Shown here one piece after another: positions 1 to 9,995 of a DNA stretch of 64,000 nucleotides; the stretch's first letter is position 1; each line of letters begins with the position of its first letter. The stretch lies in contig OY970340.1 of assembly GCA_963717465.1 (NCBI GenBank), positions 2,144,001 to 2,208,000 on the forward strand, written 5' to 3'. The position numbers were made by a program, and so were the translations under genes. The notes beneath the pieces were generated by a model that was given only the letters and a program-made list of their open reading frames with translations, had not been told where the DNA came from and ran no database searches. The stretch is from Candidatus Bathyarchaeota archaeon (GTDB taxonomy: Archaea > Thermoproteota > Bathyarchaeia > Bathyarchaeales > Bathycorpusculaceae).

Positions 1-303
1 TAAGTCTGAACTTGCACACTGTCAATCGTTTCCATTAAATAATTAGCATAATTAAAAGTTGGAATAATAACAGAGATTAAAGGCTTATACTGCATTGTGT
101 TCTTGGAATGGATGATGTAAATTTCCCCCTCAAGCGTTTAATCACTCATTAATCAGTAAATCTCGTTGCAAAACTCATTATAGAACGTTGCGATAAACGA
201 CGAGATATTAAAAAAGTCGAAGAAAAACGGTTTTTCCGAACGACTTAATAATTATAATAGACTAATGAAGTTACAAAAAAATGAACATCCGCAGTGATAC
301 CTT

Positions 304-1238
304 TTGCCACTAGTGAGCGTTCTAATGCCTTCATATAATCATGGAAAATACCTCTCAGAAACTATTGAGAGTATTCTCAACCAAACCTTTCAGGATCTTG
401 AACTGATAATTATCGATGATTTCTCAAAAGATAATTCAAAAGCCATAATCGAAACATACCAGGAAAAAGATGGACGAATAAAGGCTTTTTTCCACGAAAA
501 AAACATCGGCATAACACCAACAACAAATGAACTCATAGCAAAATCGTCAGGTAAATATATCGCCCGAATCGACTCAGACGACGTTTGGATGAAATCAAAA
601 CTTGCAAAACAATTAGCCATACTTCAAAAGAATGAATCGCTCATCGTCTGGTCTGAAGGCGAAGTAATAGATGAGAAAAGCAAACCTACAGGGAAAACAT
701 TCTCACAAAGACTAGCAGCTCTCACAAGAAGAAAAGCGGCAACATCTTTGCAGAATTGATACATGATAACTACATTTTGGGGTCAAGCCTAATTTACAAT
801 CGATCAAGCGCTGAAGGCCTTCGCTATGACGAAAAATTGCGATACGTTAGCGACCACAAGTTTTTCGTAGACTTAGCCCGCCATCATGATTATTTTTACA
901 TAAAAGAACCTTTAGCGCAATACCGGATTCACCCCAAAAACACTATATCTAGCGACCGCAAGGGCTTAGGTATTGACGTAACCGCCATTAACGAGTACTT
1001 CTTGAAAGCATATGGCAAAGAACTACCCAGAGCAATACAGGGCGCACTTTACTTCAACCTAGTTAAAGCTCACTTCGCTACCGGAGACAAGAAATCAGCC
1101 AAATACTTCTTAATAAAAGCAATAAAATGCAACTATATTCAATTTCAGATAAAATCCGCATTCGCTCATCCTAAGAACAGCCTAATAATCATCCAACAGC
1201 TCTGCCTCTTAATCAGGAATTCTCGACTTAAAATCTAA
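304..1238 (+). CDS. GT2 family glycosyltransferase (frameshift near 735)
   Basis: VSVLMPSYN, IIDDFSKD and RIDSDD motifs; shifting frame near 735 gives KSGNIFAELIHDNYILGSS, joining ORFs 304..759 and 756..1238. Confidence 0.85.
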
Positions 1239-1419
1239 TCAGTCACAAAAGGCTAACTGAAAACCACTTCAGATGCAACGGAAAAATCAACGTTTATAAC
1301 TTCAATTCAGTTGATAGCATGCGTCCATTCTTTCAAGATGTTTTTTTAAATTTTACTATTCACTTTTCAAGCAAGCTTTTAGAATTTCAATATGCGATTT
1401 GCATTTAACTTGCGAACTA

Positions 1420-2130
1420 TCATTCGAGTATCATCCTAGCATCCACAGTTTTGGCACCTTTCCGATAAGCTATTATTGGGTTCAAATCTAACTCCTTGAT
1501 TTCAGGGTGATCCATAACCAGTTTTGAAGTGCAGCATAGTATGTTTACTAGGGCATCTATGTCTGCTGGAGGATTGCCTCTATAACCTTTTAGCAGTGGG
1601 TATGCTTTGAGTTCAGTAATCATGTCTTTAGCATCCTGCAGCGTTAAGGGTGCAACTTTAAAATTCACGTCCTTTAGCACTTCAACAAATATTCCACCCA
1701 ATCCAAACATTAATGTCTGCCCAAACTGAGGATCTTTAATTGCGCCGACTATAACTTCTGTTGATTGAGGCGCCATCTCTTCAACCAAAATACCCACTAT
1801 TTTTGCTTTAGCATTATGGCTTTTTGCACTGTTAATGATTGTCAAATAAGCTTCTTTAACTTCAGAGGCGCTCTTAACGTTAAGCTTGACGCCTCCAACA
1901 TCAGATTTGTGAATAACATCAGGCGAAACAATCTTCAAAACCACAGGAAAACCAATCTTCTCCGCAAACCTCACCGCTTGCTTCTCATCAGTAGCCAAAC
2001 TAAATTTGGTAACCGGAATATCATATTCCAAGCATACCGTTTTTGCCTCCGGCTCCAACAAAGCTTTTCGACCCCTGCTTAATGCTTCATTAATAATCTT
2101 AGAAGTTTTATTCACGCCTAAAACCGCCAA
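1420..2130 (-). CDS. acdB: ADP-forming acetate/acyl-CoA ligase beta subunit (ATP-grasp)
   Basis: GFPVVLKIVSPDVIHKSDVGGV, FGLGGIFVEVLKD, ELDLNP. Confidence 0.9.
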   Translation of the reverse strand: MAVLGVNKTSKIINEALSRGRKALLEPEAKTVCLEYDIPVTKFSLATDEKQAVRFAEKIGFPVVLKIVSPDVIHKSDVGGVKLNVKSASEVKEAYLTIINSAKSHNAKAKIVGILVEEMAPQSTEVIVGAIKDPQFGQTLMFGLGGIFVEVLKDVNFKVAPLTLQDAKDMITELKAYPLLKGYRGNPPADIDALVNILCCTSKLVMDHPEIKELDLNPIIAYRKGAKTVDARMILE

Positions 2131-2178
2131 CTAATTTCATGTAATAATTAGTTAAAATGGTTTATCAAAACTTCCCAA

Positions 2179-3405
2179 TTAAATCATAGCTAACAACGCA
2201 AATATCTTTGCATCCGCAATCATATTAGCCACTTTTGAATACTCATCAGACTGATGAGCCACTTCATCCATCGTACTCCACACTGCAGCAGGAATGCCAA
2301 TTTGCCTAAAGAACGCGGCACATGAACCTCCGCCAATTCCTCCTACATCAGCATCCAAGCCTCTTGCCTGCTTGATGGCTTTCATAAGTAAAGGCACAAT
2401 TTCCCCGTCTTTAATGGCTAAATTAGGGGAAGCCTGTTTCTGCAAAATCTCCATCTGAATATTGGCGCCTGTTTTAGCCTCAAACTCCAAAAGAACAAAT
2501 TTTATATCGCTAATAACCTGGTCAAGACTGTAACTTGGGTGAACTCGGCAATCAAAATAAAGAACATCCTCACCTGGAATAATATTTACACTATCAACAT
2601 TCTTTTCCTTCTTAGTAGGCTCAAAAGTGCTCTCAGGAACATCAAACTGGTCATCCTGCAAAAAATATTTTTCATGCAACATCCGATCTAAAGCCAATGC
2701 AACCTGCATTCCGATTCGATGAGCATTTAAACCTTTAGTCGGCAAACTTCCATGCGTCTGCTTTCCAATCGTGTGAATCTTAAACCACAAAATACTCTTT
2801 TCCGCGACCTCGATAAAACTTCCATTCTCATTACCTGAATCCGGAACCAAAATCAAATCATCTTTCTTGAAAAGTTCCATGGCAATCAAGTGCTGAATGC
2901 CAAAGGTGCTGCCTTGCTCTTCGTCGGCTACAAACGCCAACGCAACAGTACGCTTCGGTTTAATTCTTAACTGATTGAGGGCTTTTACCGCAAAAATAGA
3001 AGCGATAAGCGATTGCCCATTATCTTCACTTCCACGACCATAAATGCGCCCTTCTTTCAAGGTCGGCTCAAATGGCTTAGTAACCTTCCAAAGCGATTCG
3101 TCGCCGGATTGAACTGTATCCAAATGAGTTATAATCCAAAGCCGCGGATAGGCAGATTCCCCATAACAATATGCAATTAAATTTGGCCTCTTACCCGATG
3201 AAACCCTTGTGTCATCAGCATCTAACCGGTCTATTTTATCAAAACCTACACTACTAAGCATGAGCAATAATTTCTTGGCCCTTTCATCTTCACCATCACC
3301 GCCATTTTCAGGCGACAAAGCAGGAACTCTAATCAATTCCATCAAGGCTTCTTCCATTTCATGTTTAAGACAGTCAATTTGACCAAAAACATCTCGGCTA
3401 TTCAA
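2179..3405 (-). CDS. M20 family metallohydrolase (DapE/ArgE-like)
   Basis: THLDTV, GRGSEDN, ADEE, AHQSDE metal ligands; start set to TTG 3405. Confidence 0.85.
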   Translation of the reverse strand: MNSRDVFGQIDCLKHEMEEALMELIRVPALSPENGGDGEDERAKKLLLMLSSVGFDKIDRLDADDTRVSSGKRPNLIAYCYGESAYPRLWIITHLDTVQSGDESLWKVTKPFEPTLKEGRIYGRGSEDNGQSLIASIFAVKALNQLRIKPKRTVALAFVADEEQGSTFGIQHLIAMELFKKDDLILVPDSGNENGSFIEVAEKSILWFKIHTIGKQTHGSLPTKGLNAHRIGMQVALALDRMLHEKYFLQDDQFDVPESTFEPTKKEKNVDSVNIIPGEDVLYFDCRVHPSYSLDQVISDIKFVLLEFEAKTGANIQMEILQKQASPNLAIKDGEIVPLLMKAIKQARGLDADVGGIGGGSCAAFFRQIGIPAAVWSTMDEVAHQSDEYSKVANMIADAKIFALLAMI

Positions 3406-3571
3406 GACAACACCTAGCATTAATGTTGATACAGCAAGTGCTTTAATGCTTTTCACAAGCTGTAAGCAGCTGCAAGCACAGTTTAGTTCTTGTAGATCAC
3501 GCAATGCAATCACTTAACAACATCAGAATGAGTTGAAAGGTATGCATTCTATCGATAAATTGTCGCTTGAA

Positions 3572-4390
3572 CTATACATGATGCCCTATCACAATTAACC
3601 TCTTAGATTCAGGACCAAATGCTTCGTCTTCGTAGCCACCAAAAACCCTTTCAACGATAAAGTTTGCTTGCCCCAAAATAGCTTTCAACTGGCATAAATT
3701 GAACAAGCGTACTGTATGCCAGTAAACCCTGATTTTCCCATCGGACTTATCACGCACAACCCACAAATCATTAAGCCTCCTCTCATTCATCACAATAGTT
3801 CGCTTAGATAACAAAGTGAAACTCGAATATTCCTTATGCCTCAGTAGACTAAAAAGAAATCGGCTCATCAACCCATTTGGATACTGCACAAAAAACCAAA
3901 ACGGAAAATTCTCCAAACGATTAGTAATTCTGCGAATGGGTCTATGATGCTTTAAAACTAAGTTTTCAATGTTGAAAACATCCAGAACAAATGTTCCCTC
4001 TTTTTTCAGGATTCTTGACGCTTCTCTTAAGCTTTGAAGATCCTCTTGCTCAGAGGGCAAATACCCAAAACTTGTATCCATGCTCAATATACACGAAAAA
4101 ACACTCCTCTTAAAAGGTAAATATCGTATGTCTCCTCGCACGAGGTGACTTTGACCTGATTTTCGCGCTATCCTAAGCAGACTAGAAGAAACATCAACGC
4201 CAACAATGAAGTAGCCTTCTCTGCTTAATGGATTAGTGTGCCTTCCAGTTCCACACGCCAAGTCAAGAACTAAATCCTGCTTTTCCACGGTTCTCTTAAT
4301 AAAGTTCACTTGAACCTCTGAAAAATTCTTAGCTGCCATTTCTGCCCAATAAGCACCCATTTCATCAAAAACATTCGGCGTTTCCTTCAT
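3572..4390 (-). CDS. Class I SAM-dependent methyltransferase
   Basis: VLDLACGTGRH, GVDVS, GDIRYLPF. Confidence 0.85.
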   Translation of the reverse strand: MKETPNVFDEMGAYWAEMAAKNFSEVQVNFIKRTVEKQDLVLDLACGTGRHTNPLSREGYFIVGVDVSSSLLRIARKSGQSHLVRGDIRYLPFKRSVFSCILSMDTSFGYLPSEQEDLQSLREASRILKKEGTFVLDVFNIENLVLKHHRPIRRITNRLENFPFWFFVQYPNGLMSRFLFSLLRHKEYSSFTLLSKRTIVMNERRLNDLWVVRDKSDGKIRVYWHTVRLFNLCQLKAILGQANFIVERVFGGYEDEAFGPESKRLIVIGHHV

Positions 4391-4515
4391 TGCTATGTAC
4401 TTCGCTTTTAGAGTCTAATTTGCTTGGCATATTTTCAGATTTACGCTATACTCTTAATGTTTCGAGCCGCTTAAATATCAATCATTCATACCTAATAATG
4501 ATTGGAGAGTTAAGC

Positions 4516-5205
4516 GTGACTGAAAAACGCAAATGGCAGCATATTTACATGCTCTTTAAGCTTGCTGAGATGGGAGCTTACAGGCGAATTGCCAAAATTT
4601 CAACCGAGTATTTGGCTGAAAAACTATCAATCTCCCAACAAACAGCTTCACGCAATTTGATAGAACTTGAACGCGAAGGATTGATAACCAGAGAAATAAC
4701 TCCTGAGGGAAGCCTGATAAAAGTTGACGATAAAGGCATCGTGGAACTTCAAAAGCTTTACAGTAGTCTTAAAGTTCTAATGGAAAAATCTTACCCGCCA
4801 TCAATAACTTTGGAAGGCATAGTATTTTCAGGGTTAGGCGAAGGGGCATATTACATTTCTAAAGAGCAATACAAGAAGCAATTTTTAGAAAAACTTGGTT
4901 TTGAACCGTACCCAGGCACTCTTAATCTAAAGCTCATAACGGATTATGATCTTAAAGCTCGCATGGAATTGGAAGCTTATCCAGCGATTGAAGCCCCCGG
5001 TTTTAAAAATGAAGATCGCACTTTCGGAGTCGTTAAATGTTACCCTGCAATTATCGAAAACAAAGTCAAAGGTGCCCTAATATCCGCACTACGGACGCAT
5101 TACGATTATTCTGTTTTGGAGATAATTGCGCCTGTTTGCTTAAGAAAATTGCTTACGCTTAAGGATGGAACTAAAGTTAAGGTAGAAATACTAACGCTTC
5201 CATAA
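4516..5205 (+). CDS. ribK: wHTH-fused CTP-dependent riboflavin kinase (RbkR-type regulator-enzyme)
   Basis: N-terminal HTH (LAEKLSISQQTASRNL); SGLGEGAYYIS, PYPGTLN, RTHY, LEIIAP. Confidence 0.9.
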   Translation: MTEKRKWQHIYMLFKLAEMGAYRRIAKISTEYLAEKLSISQQTASRNLIELEREGLITREITPEGSLIKVDDKGIVELQKLYSSLKVLMEKSYPPSITLEGIVFSGLGEGAYYISKEQYKKQFLEKLGFEPYPGTLNLKLITDYDLKARMELEAYPAIEAPGFKNEDRTFGVVKCYPAIIENKVKGALISALRTHYDYSVLEIIAPVCLRKLLTLKDGTKVKVEILTLP

Positions 5206-5817
5206 CTAAAAAGGAAAGCTAGAATAGCGTGGAGAATATGAATAATCCGGTTTGCGTCTAGATCCTATAACATATCCGATTAGTAAACCCATAGCAAGAC
5301 CGCCTAAATGTGCAAAGTAATTCACTTCTGGTCCGTAAGAAAGTAAAAATAGGAAAAAACCATAAACGAACGCGCCGATTATTGATTGTCCTATAGAGCG
5401 TCGGGAGAAGATTACCACGGCACCGAACAAGGCGAAAATAGCTCCTGATGCTCCAAGAGAGGGAACGAGCGGATTCAAAAACGCAAGAGTCAAGAGATTT
5501 CCTGCTAATCCGCCTACGAAGTAAATCAGTAGGTATTCTGGCAACGAGAACATTTCTTCTGCTCTTAATCCAAAGATGAACAGGAAAAGCATGTTGCCTG
5601 CAAGGTGTAATATTGAGGCATGAATAAATATTGAGGTTATTAGTTGCCAATAAAAACCATGGTAAACAAGCCAATTTACTTGGACAAGATAGAGTACTTG
5701 AGAGTTTATGTTGGTGTTTAGGAAGTCGCCTCCAATTAAAGATGTATAAACATATGCAATTATGTTTAAGGCAATTAGAATGTATGTTATTCTAAACTTT
5801 ACTGAATTCTTAGACAT
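5206..5817 (-). CDS. Rhomboid intramembrane serine protease
   Basis: HASILHLAGNM, GASGA, AHLGG. Confidence 0.92.
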   Translation of the reverse strand: MSKNSVKFRITYILIALNIIAYVYTSLIGGDFLNTNINSQVLYLVQVNWLVYHGFYWQLITSIFIHASILHLAGNMLFLFIFGLRAEEMFSLPEYLLIYFVGGLAGNLLTLAFLNPLVPSLGASGAIFALFGAVVIFSRRSIGQSIIGAFVYGFFLFLLSYGPEVNYFAHLGGLAMGLLIGYVIGSRRKPDYSYSPRYSSFPF

Positions 5818-5824
5818 TTTTAAT

Positions 5825-6286
5825 TCATCTATTGAATTTCTCGATGATCCTTTGTTTTATTTTAGAGGAACTGTCCAAGTCTTCGCCGAACTTGCCAACT
5901 CTTACAACTTTAACGTTTATTTTTTGTTTTCCTATGTAGTCTTCGACGTTCTTAGCCATATCCGACTGATCATATCCTAATGCAATTATGTCCGGTTTAA
6001 TTTTCTCGATAATTTCACCAATTTCCAGTTCCTCGTATCCAAGCACTGCCTTATCTACTACTTTCAATGATTCAACCAATGCACGGCGTTGATCTTCAGG
6101 CATTATGGGTTTTTTTCCTTTCATCCTTTCGACTGTGCTATCCCGTGCGATAACAACGATTAATTCTGCGTTTTTTCCTCCGGCTTTTTTAGCTTCTTCC
6201 AAGAATTTTACGTGACCCAAATGTAACAAATCGAAAACGCCTGATGCCAAAACTACTTTTCTGTTTTTCTTGGTATTGTTGGCCAT
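5825..6286 (-). CDS. ribL: Archaeal FAD synthase (cytidylyltransferase family)
   Basis: GVFDLLHLGH, VIARD, LGYDQ, SSSKIK; close to ribK. Confidence 0.85.
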   Translation of the reverse strand: MANNTKKNRKVVLASGVFDLLHLGHVKFLEEAKKAGGKNAELIVVIARDSTVERMKGKKPIMPEDQRRALVESLKVVDKAVLGYEELEIGEIIEKIKPDIIALGYDQSDMAKNVEDYIGKQKINVKVVRVGKFGEDLDSSSKIKQRIIEKFNR

Positions 6287-6534
6287 TCGAATTTCACTGC
6301 TCCCAATAGTCTTAATGCGTCAAGTATTCCCTCACAATAAGCAATTGATGTTAGGCTGGTTTCAAGCTTGCCTTCAGCCTTATAATATTTTGCGTCCTTC
6401 AAGTAATCCATGGCATGGAGCAGAAGGTTATTCGCAGATTCATCGGTTATACTTGTTGGCGTGTTTTTCTGCATTTTTTGAAAAACTTTCTCTGCAGAAC
6501 TTATGTACCTGGATGTTAACTCTTCCAAGCTCAT
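6253..6534 (-). CDS. DUF357 domain protein
   Basis: YLKDAKYY...YCEGILDALRLLG; follows dph5. Confidence 0.8.
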   Translation of the reverse strand: MSLEELTSRYISSAEKVFQKMQKNTPTSITDESANNLLLHAMDYLKDAKYYKAEGKLETSLTSIAYCEGILDALRLLGAVKFEWPTIPRKTEK

Positions 6535-7337
6535 TTCGCAAGCCTCCTAATTGAGGCTGGGGCTCCAGCAAGCGTTATTAGGGCTTCGATTTCCATAAAG
6601 TGCAAGCTTCCAGTAAAAACTAGACTGTACGGTGGCTCGCCAAAATCATGCTTGGCCAAGTTTAATATGTAATCTGCTTTAACAATTGGGCATTCGCTTC
6701 CGATTCGTGCAAAGCCGACAGCTACGGTTTTATCAGATATTACCTGCTCTTTCTTTGTTTCTTCAACTAATAGCAAAGATTTGACTGCTTCGCTTAGGCT
6801 TAAGAAGCGGTTTTCTTCTGTGTTCAAGTCAAGTAGGCAAAGTGTGTGAAGTCCTAGTTCTTTGTTTTGGGCAATAACATTATATGGTGTTTCATAAAAA
6901 TTCTCTTGAAAAGGGATAGTTACGGTTTTTCCAAACTTATAATTGTGCAGTCCGGAAGAGCTTATTACCGCCGATATTATTGATGCTCCATGGACAATGT
7001 GGGTTTTTATTCCTAGTTTTTCTGCTTCGATGCGTAACGTTACGTGTGTTGTGGCGATAAATGGATCTCCGGGAATAAGTAGAACGGTTTTTCCTTTTTG
7101 TGCTGCGTTGAGAATTTTTTTGCCGTTTTCTTCTTCCAGTTCTTTTCGGGAGACCGCGTGGATTTGTTTGTCGCATAGAACTTGAAGTTTTTCCAGTGAA
7201 AAGTTAGGCATTAAACTTGTGTAAAGCTCGATGAAGACTTCATCAGCGGCTTTGGCTTCTTGTAAGCCTTTTAGACTTATGCCTTTTTCATCGTTTAAGC
7301 CTAAGCCAACAAAGAATAGCTCCTTCAATGTTATCAC
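6531..7337 (-). CDS. dph5: Diphthine synthase
   Basis: VGLGL, ELYTS, GDPFIATTH, YKFGKTVTIP, GLHTLCLLD, LHFME. Confidence 0.95.
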   Translation of the reverse strand: MITLKELFFVGLGLNDEKGISLKGLQEAKAADEVFIELYTSLMPNFSLEKLQVLCDKQIHAVSRKELEEENGKKILNAAQKGKTVLLIPGDPFIATTHVTLRIEAEKLGIKTHIVHGASIISAVISSSGLHNYKFGKTVTIPFQENFYETPYNVIAQNKELGLHTLCLLDLNTEENRFLSLSEAVKSLLLVEETKKEQVISDKTVAVGFARIGSECPIVKADYILNLAKHDFGEPPYSLVFTGSLHFMEIEALITLAGAPASIRRLAK

Positions 7338-7531
7338 TTCTTGATTGTCAATGCATCTATTCTTAGACTGCTCGCTGTTTTAAATGGTTCTTTTTTCGAA
7401 AAGCATTTCAATTTCTCGTTGCTTAAATGGTTTATTCGAGAATTGGTCTTGCAACTTAGTTTTGGCGCTTGTAGAGTTTTGGATTTCTAGCCTAAAAATT
7501 ACTGGCAAAAAAAGTTAGACTGTGCCTGTTT

Positions 7532-7729
7532 TTAGCCCGTGCCTGTTGAATTTTCTTCGTTTGATGGATGATGGGTCATTGTCATGTGGGATTTCAGTTC
7601 AATTACGTCTCGAAACAGCCCGCCGCATTCTGGGCATCGTACCATCAGTTTTTCTAGTGTGATTAATTTTTTCTCTAGCGAAAGTATTTTTTCTAATTCA
7701 ATTTTTTGAGTTTTTTGATTTTGAGACAT
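7532..7729 (-). CDS. Small C2H2 zinc-finger protein
   Basis: CPECGGLF...LKSHMTMTH; GGGGAG upstream. Confidence 0.65.
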   Translation of the reverse strand: MSQNQKTQKIELEKILSLEKKLITLEKLMVRCPECGGLFRDVIELKSHMTMTHHPSNEENSTGTG

Positions 7730-7961
7730 TAGACTCCCCTTCGATGTAGCGGTTTAAACATTAAAAATGAATGAATAAATGTGTATGTGGTTGTGCAGTG
7801 CCTACTATTTGATTTAAGTGTCAGGATGAAGACTTCTTGGCGATGGGTTGTTTAATTTGAGTTTGTGTGCCTTTAGGGGCTGCTGTTAAGCTTTGTTTTG
7901 GGAATATTTTGTGTGTTGGAGCAAATTTTAAATATTTAGAAACGAAATAAACAGAAGCCGA

Positions 7962-8846
7962 GTGGATTCATTGCGACTTTTCAAGTTTTCAAGACCGACT
8001 CTTAGTAGAGGCAAAAAAGAGAAATTGCCGGATGCCAAGCTTCAATCTGATTCTAAAAAGCTTCAATCTGATTCTAAAAAGATTAATCAGTTCAAGAAGA
8101 AATCCAATATTAAAGCTTTAATGAAGATGTTTAACACGTCTCCGAGAGTTGAAACACGCGTTGAAGCGGTTAAGGCTTTAGCTGAAATTCGTAGCGTAAA
8201 GGCGCTTCTTGCCCTCCATGGGCTTTCTAACATGCCAATTTATCCTTATTTGCATGATGAAATCCAAGCTCAGCTATCACTGGCTATGGATTCTTACAAA
8301 CAATCACAACGCACGCCCATGATAGTAAAAGGAAAAGGTCGTTTGGGTGGTTTTGCTTTTTGGAGGAAAACAGTGTTAGGTCAAAATATAGTGCAGCCTG
8401 CGCCGCATCCTGTTGATTCTGAGTCGATACAAGCTGAGCCCGTTAAAGAGGAGAGTCGTTTAAGTCGTTTTGCGTTTTGGAAAAAAATAGGCTTAGGTCA
8501 CAAAATGTCAAAGCCTAGTGTTTCTGAATCTGTACAGGCTGAACCGGCTAGAGTGAAGGGTAGTTTGGGTCGTTTAGCTTTCTGGAAAGGATTAAGGTCG
8601 CGTCAAAAAGTGTCTCAGACTGTTGAATCCGCACCATCCCAAGGTAAGCTGGCTAGAGTGAAGGGTAGTTTGGGTCGTTTAGCTTTCTGGAAAGGATTAA
8701 GGTCGCGTCAAAAAGTGTCTCAGACTGTTGAATCCGCACCATCCCAAGGTAAGCTGGCTAGAGTGAAGGGTAGTTTGGGTCGTTTAGCTTTCTGGAAAAA
8801 GTTGCGGTCACGTAGTAAGAAGGCAAAGGCAGCAAAGAATACATAA
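7962..8846 (+). CDS. Basic hypothetical protein: HEAT-like segment plus five RLxxFAFW(K/R)-type repeats
   Basis: VETRVEAVKALAEI (HEAT-like); repeated GRLAFWK-type units. Confidence 0.7.
   Translation: MDSLRLFKFSRPTLSRGKKEKLPDAKLQSDSKKLQSDSKKINQFKKKSNIKALMKMFNTSPRVETRVEAVKALAEIRSVKALLALHGLSNMPIYPYLHDEIQAQLSLAMDSYKQSQRTPMIVKGKGRLGGFAFWRKTVLGQNIVQPAPHPVDSESIQAEPVKEESRLSRFAFWKKIGLGHKMSKPSVSESVQAEPARVKGSLGRLAFWKGLRSRQKVSQTVESAPSQGKLARVKGSLGRLAFWKGLRSRQKVSQTVESAPSQGKLARVKGSLGRLAFWKKLRSRSKKAKAAKNT
8546..8798 (+). repeat. 105-bp coding tandem repeat (about 2.4 copies, 35 aa)
   Basis: ggctagagtgaagggtagtttgggtcg starts at 8546, 8651 and 8756; the units are identical. Confidence 0.95.
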
Positions 8847-9121
8847 TTTACAGGTTGAGTGTTCAAGCCAGTACCTTTTGTATTGTTTGTGCTATTTGTT
8901 TGGGAAAACTTTTGTTTGCGAAAGCTTTTTATGCAAGTTGGCATTTTATTAGCCAAATAACAATCCGCTTGCTTGAATATTGTGAACTAAAGTAACATTT
9001 GATACTAGTTATTGCTTATTAATTGCTTTTTGATGTACCTATTTTTCTAGTATTGCGCCAACGGGAGCAAGAATTAAATGGGAGTGGCGCAGAATTAATT
9101 AAGAGAGAGGGTAAGGGAACA

Positions 9122-9514
9122 ATGTCTTATGGTACAAAAACAATAAAGGGCGCGGCAGAAAATCTAAATAGTTTTGCAAATGTACTGATGTCACAGTTAA
9201 CTGTTGTAGGTCTCAAGCCTAAGCATGAAATTACTAATTTAGGCAATTGCTTTAGGCTTGGTCGTGGGCTTGTGATGGTTGGGGTTACTGCTCGAATTTA
9301 CTATAAAGTGGTTGGAGATGATATTGTTGTTACGCCTGAGATTACGAGGTCATTTTGGTATAACTTCCTTCTTCCAATCCTGCTTTGTATATTATTCGTA
9401 GTTCCTGGAGTAATATACTATATTTGGACAAATAGGAATATGAGTAGAGCAATTGCAAGGGTATCTTTCGCTATTGAATCTTCGATGTCAATGTATAACG
9501 ATATCAACGGTTAA
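9122..9514 (+). CDS. Hypothetical membrane protein
   Basis: C-terminal hydrophobic hairpin LLPILLCILFVVPGVIYYIW; ATG 9122. Confidence 0.7.
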   Translation: MSYGTKTIKGAAENLNSFANVLMSQLTVVGLKPKHEITNLGNCFRLGRGLVMVGVTARIYYKVVGDDIVVTPEITRSFWYNFLLPILLCILFVVPGVIYYIWTNRNMSRAIARVSFAIESSMSMYNDING

Positions 9515-9548
9515 ATCTTCCTTTTAAGGGTGTATAAGTCTGGGAAAT

Positions 9549-9995
9549 TTGGAAGATGGTGTTAAAGAGGACTCTCTCTCTTTTCTTGTGCTGTCCCATC
9601 ACACCAGGGCTAATTTGAATAGAACCTGGAAACTGCGTGTTAGAGGAAAGGACTTGTACATTTGTTCCAGATGCACGGGGGTGGCAATTGGGTTTGTTGC
9701 CGCCTTGTTATTTAGACAAGCGGTATTATTATTTTCTCAAAATTCCATATTGCTTCTTGCACTTCCAGCTTTTGCAATGGCTGATTGGGTTCTGCAGACT
9801 TTAAAATTGCATGAAAGCAAAAATCCGGTGAGAATAGCGTCTGGGTTTTTTTTAGGATTATGCTGGGCAAGCATGTTTTATCTGCTCTTCTTTGACTGGA
9901 CCAATATCATGCTGTGGATTACGGCAGTTTTATATGTTGCAGTTTTTGTGGTAGTTTTACCATTTCGGATGAGACAGATGGGAGGAAAGTTTTGA
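9549..9995 (+). CDS. DUF2085-like membrane protein
   Basis: SHH...ICSRCTG, DW, NPVRIASG; about 4 TM helices. Confidence 0.7.
   Translation: MEDGVKEDSLSFLVLSHHTRANLNRTWKLRVRGKDLYICSRCTGVAIGFVAALLFRQAVLLFSQNSILLLALPAFAMADWVLQTLKLHESKNPVRIASGFFLGLCWASMFYLLFFDWTNIMLWITAVLYVAVFVVVLPFRMRQMGGKF

Noticed and set aside
8546..8798. Tandem repeat as a CRISPR array
   Set aside because: Units are 105 bp, contiguous, in frame and without unique spacers; no cas genes
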